From contig NC_009925.1 of NCBI RefSeq assembly GCF_000018105.1, forward strand, positions 3,840,001 to 3,872,000: DNA of 32,000 nucleotides, read 5' to 3'. The stretch is from Acaryochloris marina MBIC11017. Its GTDB lineage: Bacteria > Cyanobacteriota > Cyanobacteriia > Thermosynechococcales > Thermosynechococcaceae. Below the pieces are notes generated by a model. It was not told where the DNA came from, searched no databases, and worked only from the letters and a program-made list of their open reading frames with translations. A program made the translations under genes and the position numbers. Shown here piece by piece: positions 25,794 to 32,000 of this stretch (the stretch's first letter is position 1; every line of letters starts with the position of its first letter).

Positions 25794-26393
25794 TTAACCT
25801 AGTAGCGCTTGGATGGTCTGCTCGGTTTCTTGATAGGCCCCCTCACCAATGTGGTGATAGGTAATCACACCTTCGCGATTGGTTAAGAACAGATGGGGCC
25901 AATAGCGATTACGGTAGGCTTTCCAGGTTTGATAGTTGTTGTCTAGGGGCACGGGATAGGCAATTTGGTATTCCGCTAGAGCCTTTTGGACATTGCTGGC
26001 AGCATGTTCATATTTAAATTCCGGGGTATGAATACCAATCACTTGTAGACCCTGATCGGCATATTGCTGGTGCCAGCGAGTGACATAGGGGAGAGTGCGC
26101 TGGCTATTGATGCAGCCAAAAGTCCAAAACTGGACAAGAACGACTTTTCCTTTGAGGTCTGCAATGCTAAGAGGCTCAGAATTGAGCCAGTGGGAAATGC
26201 CTTGAAAAGGGTGGAGCGGTTGGCCCAAATTCACATCATCTCGCTTGGTCCAGAGAGATGTATTGGAGGGCGTTTCGAAGGCGGTCACGGAACGATTTTG
26301 CGATCGCGGTAACAATGCAGCTCCAACAGCCGATGCCGCCCCTAACCCCAAGAGGGATAACAGTTTACGCCGCTGAGGTTGAAAGAAGCTCAT
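25794..26393 (-). CDS. Thioredoxin-fold redoxin (DipZ C-terminal/TlpA-like) with twin-arginine signal and CxxS active site
   Basis: 199 aa. The N-terminus QRRKLLSLLGLGAASAVGA is Tat-like. The thioredoxin-fold context is KGKVVLVQFWTFGCINSQRTLPYV. The second position of the usual CxxC is Ser, encoded by AGC at 26113-26115 (minus strand). Confidence 0.8.
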   Translation of the reverse strand: MSFFQPQRRKLLSLLGLGAASAVGAALLPRSQNRSVTAFETPSNTSLWTKRDDVNLGQPLHPFQGISHWLNSEPLSIADLKGKVVLVQFWTFGCINSQRTLPYVTRWHQQYADQGLQVIGIHTPEFKYEHAASNVQKALAEYQIAYPVPLDNNYQTWKAYRNRYWPHLFLTNREGVITYHHIGEGAYQETEQTIQALLG

Positions 26394-26598
26394 GATAATC
26401 GCTCAGATTTCAAGATAATTACGGCCTATTCTACTGACCAATACTGAGAATAGACTGAGCAATGAAATAGAGATACTTCTAGCAGTCAGTAACGAGCAAA
26501 CCTAGCTCTGGTAAAGATTACAAGCAGATGTCAAATTCAGGAACACTTTGGTCTAGACTAGCGGAGTTAAAGGTTGTCACATGAGCTAGGAAAAATAG

Positions 26599-27315
26599 AT
26601 GGGTACCCCTGCTGATGAATCTCTTTTAGTCTTATCCGTTGATATTGGCGGTAGTGGGATTAAAGCCATGGTTTTAGACGAAAGCGGTCAACCCATCACC
26701 GAGCGCCAGCGCATTGAAACCCCTTCTTATCCCAACCCGCCTGCTGTTTTAGATGTGATTGTTGAACTGGCCAAAGGACAAGGAGATTTCAACCGTGTGT
26801 CCGTGGGCTTTCCAGGGGTGGTTCAAAATGGCGTTATCAAAACAGCCGTGAATCTCAATAAAGAATGGATTGATTACGACCTAGCGAAAAATTTGGAAGC
26901 GCGTTTGGATGCCCCTGTGCGCGTGGCCAATGATGCAGATATTCAAGGCTATGGGGCCATCTCAGGCCAAGGGGTAGAGCTAGTCGTTACCCTGGGGACT
27001 GGCTTTGGGTCGGCATTATTTGTGAATGGTCACCTCGTGCCCAACCTAGAAATTGCCCATCACCCTTTTATCAAAGGCAAAACCTACGAACAGCAGCTGG
27101 GGCGTCAAGCTATGAAGAAAAAAGGCAAGAAAGCCTGGAATCGTCATTTAGCCCAAGCGATCAAGAACCTCGAACACCTGTTTAACTATGACCGGCTGTA
27201 TATGGGAGGAGGCGAAACCAAACGGGTCAAGATCGATCTCTCCGACAATGTTGAAATTGTCAGTAATCGAGCCGGTATTCTCGGTGGGATTGCCCTCTGG
27301 CGAGATCGAGGCTGA
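26599..27315 (+). CDS. ppgK: ROK family polyphosphate glucokinase-like sugar kinase
   Basis: 238 aa with an N-terminal ATPase motif LSVDIGGSGIKAMV. Further motifs are GFPGVV, VANDADIQGYG and TLGTGFGSALF. Its size matches the short cyanobacterial polyP-glucokinases. Confidence 0.75.
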   Translation: MGTPADESLLVLSVDIGGSGIKAMVLDESGQPITERQRIETPSYPNPPAVLDVIVELAKGQGDFNRVSVGFPGVVQNGVIKTAVNLNKEWIDYDLAKNLEARLDAPVRVANDADIQGYGAISGQGVELVVTLGTGFGSALFVNGHLVPNLEIAHHPFIKGKTYEQQLGRQAMKKKGKKAWNRHLAQAIKNLEHLFNYDRLYMGGGETKRVKIDLSDNVEIVSNRAGILGGIALWRDRG

Positions 27316-27984
27316 TTAGGGCTGACTCGCGGTTTTAAAGAATTGGTTGCTGTAGGGCCACAAAAACACATTAAAGCGGCGACCTGCCAATTTTTGCCGA
27401 TGCTGATAGGTGTTCTGGGCGGAAAGGCTGGTCACTGCGTTCAAGCGGTCGGCTAACTTCATACAGTTTGCCAGGCTACTAGGGGTGTAACATTGCACAT
27501 CCACTTGATTGCAGCCCCCAGATGGTAATTGCTTGGCTTGAAACGGTTGAATACTGCAGTAAATCGTCTTCGTGTACGCCCGGCGGAGTTTGAAAAAGTC
27601 TTTTTGAGAGTAGTGGGTAAAGTAGTGATCATCTACTTGCAGGCCATCGGTATGGCGAGCCTCATGCACCAGCTGGGAGACCGTGAGGGAGCGCAACTGG
27701 GGGGACTGAATCCACACTACTGGCTTAAGCTGATGCTGACGGGCTGCTTGACTGACCTGTTTCTGAACCTCATCAGAGACATTGCGAAAGTCGAGAAATA
27801 CCACCTTATATTGCTGCTGCTTAATTTTCGCCATCGCCTGATTCAAAGTGTTAGACGATACGTGGTAGCGAATTTGAGGCTGAGAGAGCCAGGTGCCAGA
27901 CGGAGCGGCTTGAGCAGCTTGAGGGGCAAGGGCAAGAAAAGCAGTGCCAGCTAGAGCTGTCAGCAGAAATTTTGAAGTAGGCAT
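27316..27984 (-). CDS. Secreted Cys-rich hypothetical protein
   Basis: ATG at 27984 is adjacent to the track TTG at 27987. The signal peptide is MPTSKFLLTALAGTAFLALAPQAAQA. The C-terminal half contains several cysteines. I recognised no family. Confidence 0.6.
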   Translation of the reverse strand: MPTSKFLLTALAGTAFLALAPQAAQAAPSGTWLSQPQIRYHVSSNTLNQAMAKIKQQQYKVVFLDFRNVSDEVQKQVSQAARQHQLKPVVWIQSPQLRSLTVSQLVHEARHTDGLQVDDHYFTHYSQKDFFKLRRAYTKTIYCSIQPFQAKQLPSGGCNQVDVQCYTPSSLANCMKLADRLNAVTSLSAQNTYQHRQKLAGRRFNVFLWPYSNQFFKTASQP

Positions 27985-28046
27985 CAATGGATGGGGATGA
28001 GTGAGGATGAAAGAATTCTTTTTCAGAATATCTAGGATAGATCAAC

Positions 28047-28076
28047 TTGAGTGTGACATTGATCGCTGGGGATAAT
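28047..28076 (+). promoter_or_regulatory. Candidate plus-strand sigma70-type promoter in an intergenic region
   Basis: The layout is TTGAGT (28047-28052), an 18-nt spacer and GATAAT (28071-28076). No annotated plus-strand gene lies downstream before the palindromic hairpin at 28262-28289. Confidence 0.2.
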
Positions 28077-28249
28077 CAATATATTACGACGAGAGATAAT
28101 ATGCAGCAAAAGCTCCTCTTCTCCCTCCTGTCAAACATTCACCTTAACCTGATGAACTGAAGGGCTGCTGGATGGACGATTAGGAACTATACCTATCCGT
28201 CATGGTTGGCGTTTTGAGTGAGGTGTTGTCCGTCAGACCCGTAACGTTT

Positions 28250-28289
28250 AAACAGGACAAACTCAGTTGCAGCACATGCTGCAACTGAG
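28250..28289 (-). terminator. Rho-independent terminator of the DUF4278 gene pair
   Basis: A perfect 12-bp stem CTCAGTTGCAGC-ACAT-GCTGCAACTGAG spans 28262-28289. It starts 15 nt past the stop at 28305. On the minus strand TTTGTCCTGTTTAAA follows. Confidence 0.65.
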
Positions 28290-28304
28290 GGGCTGCTTCC
28301 ATTT

Positions 28305-28514
28305 TTAGGCAAACCTCAGGTAGGTTTTAGTGCCTCGATATTGAATCAGTTGCTGAGGCTGTTGCATGGGCTCTCGCTCCTGCACAGTGGAGACGGGTTG
28401 CATCACATTGATTGCCATGGATAATCCCCGATAGGTGCCCTGCAATACTTCAGAGGACACAACGGTTGGGTTTGTTGTAGCGGTATAAAGGTTATTTCGA
28501 TATTTCAGCTGCAT
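28305..28514 (-). CDS. DUF4278-like small protein (paralog 2)
   Basis: 69 aa: MQLKYRNNLY ... YRGLS ... QYRGTKTYLRFA. It shows the YR(G/N) triad typical of cyanobacterial DUF4278. An AAGGGA Shine-Dalgarno-like element lies upstream. Confidence 0.7.
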   Translation of the reverse strand: MQLKYRNNLYTATTNPTVVSSEVLQGTYRGLSMAINVMQPVSTVQEREPMQQPQQLIQYRGTKTYLRFA

Positions 28515-28552
28515 GATGTTTTTCCCTTGGTAGTGATTCAGATTGCAATAGA

Positions 28553-28741
28553 TTAAGCAAAATGGAGGGTTGTGGTGACCCCTCGATATTTGATCACCTG
28601 CTCTTGCTGAGGGGCAACGGTTGGCTGAGCAGCAGGAATAGTAGTGGTTAGCCCGCGATAGCTACCGGTATACCCTTCGGGTGTGTTGGGTTCGGCGTTG
28701 ATGAAAGAGGTGTAGGGGGTATTGCGGTATTTGAGTGGCAT
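28553..28741 (-). CDS. DUF4278-like small protein (paralog 1)
   Basis: 62 aa: MPLKYRNTPY ... YRGLT ... KYRGVTTTLHFA. A GGAGA element lies 9 nt upstream of the ATG. Only a 38-nt gap separates it from paralog 2 and no terminator lies between them. Confidence 0.7.
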   Translation of the reverse strand: MPLKYRNTPYTSFINAEPNTPEGYTGSYRGLTTTIPAAQPTVAPQQEQVIKYRGVTTTLHFA

Positions 28742-29012
28742 GGTGGCTGTTCTCCAGGGTGTTGATAAGTCTGAGAGGGTTTAAGTCATTAACTTGATTC
28801 TCTGGGGAGTGTCCTTCAGATTCAGTGATGTTGATCCAAGGCTCACGTGACTGTAATCACTGCAGCGCATTATGCTGAAAAACTTTCTATGAGAGGATTA
28901 CAGAGATTTTTAGTTGGTCGATATTTATCCCTGATGGACGGGGTATTTACGTTGTTCACTGGATACCCTTGGTCGTCTGCTTCAACCCCTAAAATAAGTC
29001 TGATGAACATCA

Positions 29013-30179
29013 GTGATAACCAGATTGAAAAAAGCGCTAAAGATACTGGCAGGAATACTCGCTTTGATGGCGATCGGAGTGGGGGGAGTTGTGGCTTGGC
29101 AATGGACCTTTATCCAACGGATGCTGACTTACCCAGAGAATCCCATTACAGGGGTGGGGTGGTACGCTCCCATGGCGACGGTTTCTGGGGGAGATAGTCA
29201 ACCTGTTGCCACGGCTCAACCCCAGTTGTCTCAGGCTGCCTTGGAGAAAATTGAACAGTATGCCCAAGACCATCGCTCCTCGTCACTCTTGGTGATGCAT
29301 CAAGGCAAACTGGTGCTGGAAAAGTACTGGCGAGGTCATAACCAGGCGGCTTATACCAATTCCATGTCCATGGCCAAAACGGTCTTGTCTTTGCTGATTG
29401 GCATTGCGATCGCAGACGGTAGCATCGGTTCAGAACAGGACCCAGTTGCCAAATATATTCCTGAATGGGCAAACGATGATCGGGCCAAAATTACGATTGA
29501 AGATTTGCTGAAAATGCAGTCTGGCCTTCGGGATTATGAAATCGCTGACGATCCCTTTTCGGATATTATCAAGCTCTATTTAGGTACTGATGCTCAATCG
29601 GCGGCTTTAAACGTTCCGGCAGAGCGCCCCTCCGGCCAGGAGTTTGCTTATATCAATGCCAATAGCCAAATTTTAGGTCTGCTTTTGGAGCGAGCGACGG
29701 GGCAAGGATATGGTCAATACTTATCTACCAAGCTTTGGCAGCCTATTGGTGCTCAAAAAGCGCAGCTATGGTTAGATCGACCGGACGGTAATGCGAAACC
29801 CTTTTGCTGTTTGTTTGCGCGATCGCAGGATTGGCTACGGGTGGGTCAACTCTTGCTCAATAATGGCAAGGTGAATCAAAAACAGGTGGTTCCTGCAGAC
29901 TGGATTCAAAAGATGTTGGTCTCTAGTGGATCAGAACCTGCCTATGGCTACCATATTTGGCTAAAGGCGCGCACCCAAGATGGACCAGGCTATAAAAAAA
30001 GAGCCACAAAGCCCTTTTTGGCGGAGGATATGTTTTATCTAGATGGGTGGGGACAACAGCGGGTCTATGTGATGCCGTCTCAGGAGTTGGTGGTGGTTCG
30101 AGTCGGAGAAAAACCCAAAACTTGGGATGATGCGGTGATTCCCAATACTCTCATTCGTGGCTTGCAGTCTGCAAAGTAG
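29013..30179 (+). CDS. Beta-lactamase-related serine hydrolase (class C/PBP4*-like fold) with N-terminal membrane anchor
   Basis: 388 aa. The SxxK motif is SMAKT within NSMSMAKTVLSLLIGIAI. The context FAYINANSQILGLLLERATGQGY is typical of the family. The N-terminus LKILAGILALMAIGVGGVVAW is hydrophobic. The start is a GTG at 29013; a TTG at 29025 is an alternative. Confidence 0.8.
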   Translation: MITRLKKALKILAGILALMAIGVGGVVAWQWTFIQRMLTYPENPITGVGWYAPMATVSGGDSQPVATAQPQLSQAALEKIEQYAQDHRSSSLLVMHQGKLVLEKYWRGHNQAAYTNSMSMAKTVLSLLIGIAIADGSIGSEQDPVAKYIPEWANDDRAKITIEDLLKMQSGLRDYEIADDPFSDIIKLYLGTDAQSAALNVPAERPSGQEFAYINANSQILGLLLERATGQGYGQYLSTKLWQPIGAQKAQLWLDRPDGNAKPFCCLFARSQDWLRVGQLLLNNGKVNQKQVVPADWIQKMLVSSGSEPAYGYHIWLKARTQDGPGYKKRATKPFLAEDMFYLDGWGQQRVYVMPSQELVVVRVGEKPKTWDDAVIPNTLIRGLQSAK

Positions 30180-30204
30180 AAGGGGATCTCCAATATGTGG
30201 TGGG

Positions 30205-30795
30205 TTAGGTCTTGGACTGTAGAAAGTTGACAATATCTTGATGGTCTAAAGATTCCGCAATTGTCAAAGCGGTATCACCATAATTATCATGAATGTCAAT
30301 GGTTGCACCCGCTTGTACTAAACGTTTACAGAGCATCAAATTGCCTTTGGATGCAGCCGTCATTAATGGGGTATACCCTAAGGCACATGTCCGGTTGAGA
30401 TCAGCATGTGCTTGAATGAGTGCTTCAACGATATCTGGAGTGTCTTTGGCAATGGCCAGGTGAAGAGGGGCGGAAGTAACATCGCCACGGTTTGGATTAG
30501 CACCTTCATTGAGCAACAGCTTAACGATGTCTAGATTCCCGACATCCGTCGCAATCCACAAGGGCATGGTTATCTCATATTGACTTTGATGGACATCTGC
30601 CCCTGCCAATAAGAGCGTTTCGACGATTTCAACTCGTTGCAAGTTAATCGCTTGAATTAATGGCGTGAGTCTCTCTGCTGCCCTGTAGTGGATGTTCACA
30701 TCAGCGCCCTGTTTAATAAGCTGTTGTAAGGCCAATACATCATTAGCTAAAGTCACTCGGCATATTTGTTGCTCAAGCGAGTCGATTGTTCGCAT
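30205..30795 (-). CDS. Ankyrin repeat protein
   Basis: 196 aa with about five 33-residue repeats carrying TPL..A......iv..Ll..GA..n consensus. An example is TPLMTAASKGNLMLCKRLVQAGATIDIHDNYGDTALTIA. There is no signal peptide. Confidence 0.85.
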   Translation of the reverse strand: MRTIDSLEQQICRVTLANDVLALQQLIKQGADVNIHYRAAERLTPLIQAINLQRVEIVETLLLAGADVHQSQYEITMPLWIATDVGNLDIVKLLLNEGANPNRGDVTSAPLHLAIAKDTPDIVEALIQAHADLNRTCALGYTPLMTAASKGNLMLCKRLVQAGATIDIHDNYGDTALTIAESLDHQDIVNFLQSKT

Positions 30796-30924
30796 AACGT
30801 TGCAAGATAGCTGTATTGCTGTGGTGGAACCTTAGCATGAGTAAAGCGTGATTTCAGAAAATAATAAATGTCTGGAGTTTCACTACCCTAGTTCAGTCAG
30901 ATAGAAACGAGTGGGAGCATCAGG

Positions 30925-31437
30925 ATGGCAAAGCAGTTTATTCCCATTAATATTGCGGTGATGACGGTGTCTGATACGCGTACGGAAGACACGGATACCT
31001 CCGGGAAACTGTTGTGCGATCGCATCCAGGAAACCGGACATACTCTAGCTGAAAAAGTCATCGTTCCTGACGACATCTACCAAATTCGTGCGGTTGTTTC
31101 TCGCTGGATCGCCGATGAATCCGTACAGGCCATTATCACTACCGGAGGCACGGGGGTAACGGGACGGGACGGCACGCCAGAAGCGATCAAACCCTTGCTG
31201 GATAAGGAAATCCAGGGGTTTGGCGAAATCTTCCGCATGATCTCCTACGAAGACATTAAGACTTCAACAATTCAGTCTCGGGCCTTATCGGGAGTCGCCA
31301 ATGGCACCTACCTGTTTTGTCTACCCGGTTCATCTGGTGCTTGTCGTACAGGTTGGGATGCGCTGATTCATGACCAATTGGATGTTCGCCATTCTCCCTG
31401 TAATCTGGCAGAGCTTATGCCTCGATTGCGGGAATAG
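30925..31437 (+). CDS. moaB: Molybdenum cofactor biosynthesis protein B (MoaB/MogA fold)
   Basis: 170 aa. Family motifs are present: IAVMTVSDTR, DTSGKLL, the conserved ITTGGTGVTGRD and CLPGSSGAC. Confidence 0.85.
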   Translation: MAKQFIPINIAVMTVSDTRTEDTDTSGKLLCDRIQETGHTLAEKVIVPDDIYQIRAVVSRWIADESVQAIITTGGTGVTGRDGTPEAIKPLLDKEIQGFGEIFRMISYEDIKTSTIQSRALSGVANGTYLFCLPGSSGACRTGWDALIHDQLDVRHSPCNLAELMPRLRE

Positions 31438-31518
31438 GCTGTCGGTGTTTTTTACCTCAATCTAACAGGCTAGCTTGGTACGCTAGGCTTTAGCCCGTCG
31501 CACCTATTTCGACAACCT

Positions 31519-31839
31519 ATGAAAAAACTCCACCTCGCTATTTCGACCGACGATATTGCAGCGACGGTTCAGGACTATAGCCACCGTCTATTGGCCCAAC
31601 CCTGCGTCGTAGTTGATGGAGAATATGCCCTCTGGCGCACTGAAACGCTCAATATTTCCGTGTGCAAAGATGTATCCATTCAAAAAGGCACAGTCAGACA
31701 TTTAGGTTGGGAAGAGTCAACTGCCACAGAATTTACAGCAGAAGTTGATACGAACGGTATTACCTGGGAGCACTTTACCGCAGGCCAACAAGCTGAAGAA
31801 ATAAACGAGTTATGGCCCAGCGCCAATTATCACCCTTAG
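31519..31839 (+). CDS. Small hypothetical protein (possibly VOC/glyoxalase-like fold)
   Basis: 106-aa ORF with ATG start. The N-terminus MKKLHLAISTDDIAATVQDYSHRL resembles the first beta-alpha unit of VOC-fold proteins. The assignment is weak. Confidence 0.5.
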   Translation: MKKLHLAISTDDIAATVQDYSHRLLAQPCVVVDGEYALWRTETLNISVCKDVSIQKGTVRHLGWEESTATEFTAEVDTNGITWEHFTAGQQAEEINELWPSANYHP

Positions 31840-32000
31840 ACCGTCGGTTTCCTGGCCACTAATACTCCCATTAAACCTCCTGCAATTGGGTAGTGGGTCA
31901 CCTCAGTTAATCCAGCTTCCTTTGCCAGTCTTTCCTGCTCTGATCCAGGCGGAAACCGCTCTAGACTGGGGGTGATATAGGCATATTCATCCGTGAGGCC
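31836..32000 (-). CDS. ubiE: UbiE/MenG-family SAM-dependent methyltransferase, C-terminal 54 codons (truncated by window edge)
   Basis: Hand translation of the minus strand gives GLTDEYAYITPSLERFPPGSEQERLAKEAGLTEVTHYPIAGGLMGVLVARKPTV*. It fits the UbiE/MenG C-terminal pattern Y.Y...S...FP......L...AGF..V.......G........K. TAA is at 31836-31838. Confidence 0.5.
   Translation of the reverse strand, partial: GLTDEYAYITPSLERFPPGSEQERLAKEAGLTEVTHYPIAGGLMGVLVARKPTV

Noticed and set aside
28847-29197. 116-aa plus-strand ORF overlapping the start of the serine hydrolase gene
   Set aside because: It has a GTG start and no recognisable motifs. It overlaps the hydrolase's well-formed membrane-anchor coding region by 185 nt in another frame. 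I also considered a frameshifted N-terminal extension, but the upstream part shows no hydrolase-like sequence.
1-32000. Search for CRISPR arrays, transposases or integrases, rRNA and long direct repeats
   Set aside because: I saw no regularly spaced direct repeats, no IS-like terminal inverted repeats with a transposase ORF and no rRNA-like sequence. The only repeated elements I found are HIP1 octamers, the intragenic protein repeats and the DUF4278 paralogs.

Overview
This is a densely packed cyanobacterial chromosomal segment. I counted at least 17 copies of the HIP1 octamer GCGATCGC by eye, and the photosystem II genes psbI and psbQ are present. I support about 35 protein-coding genes on both strands. 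Two are truncated at the window edges, and psbI (34 codons) is absent from the supplied ORF track. Content is mostly housekeeping: nusB-ftsY, a GAF-PP2C phosphatase, pepP, an M1 aminopeptidase, a TSUP exporter, yjbQ, a class IV aminotransferase, a ROK polyphosphate glucokinase and moaB. These are interspersed with conserved DUF-type genes, whose family names are from memory and need HMM confirmation. I saw no rRNA, tRNA, CRISPR array, transposase or integrase. The most interesting observations are: (1) an M23 peptidase whose cytoplasmic N-terminus carries two tandem 24-residue motifs with a 5-residue spacer, matching the MshEN-type c-di-GMP-binding signature and followed by one TM helix; (2) two large uncharacterised same-strand genes flanking psbI, one a 775-aa single-pass protein with tandem Cys-pair beta-sandwich repeats, a Pro/Arg-rich linker and a C-terminal HTH-like module; (3) a Tat-signal redoxin whose active site reads CxxS instead of CxxC; (4) an apparently AT-richer vapBC + DUF4241 islet; (5) a tandem pair of DUF4278-like small proteins ending at a perfect 12-bp palindromic terminator. 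All functional calls come from motif recognition by eye. No database search was run.
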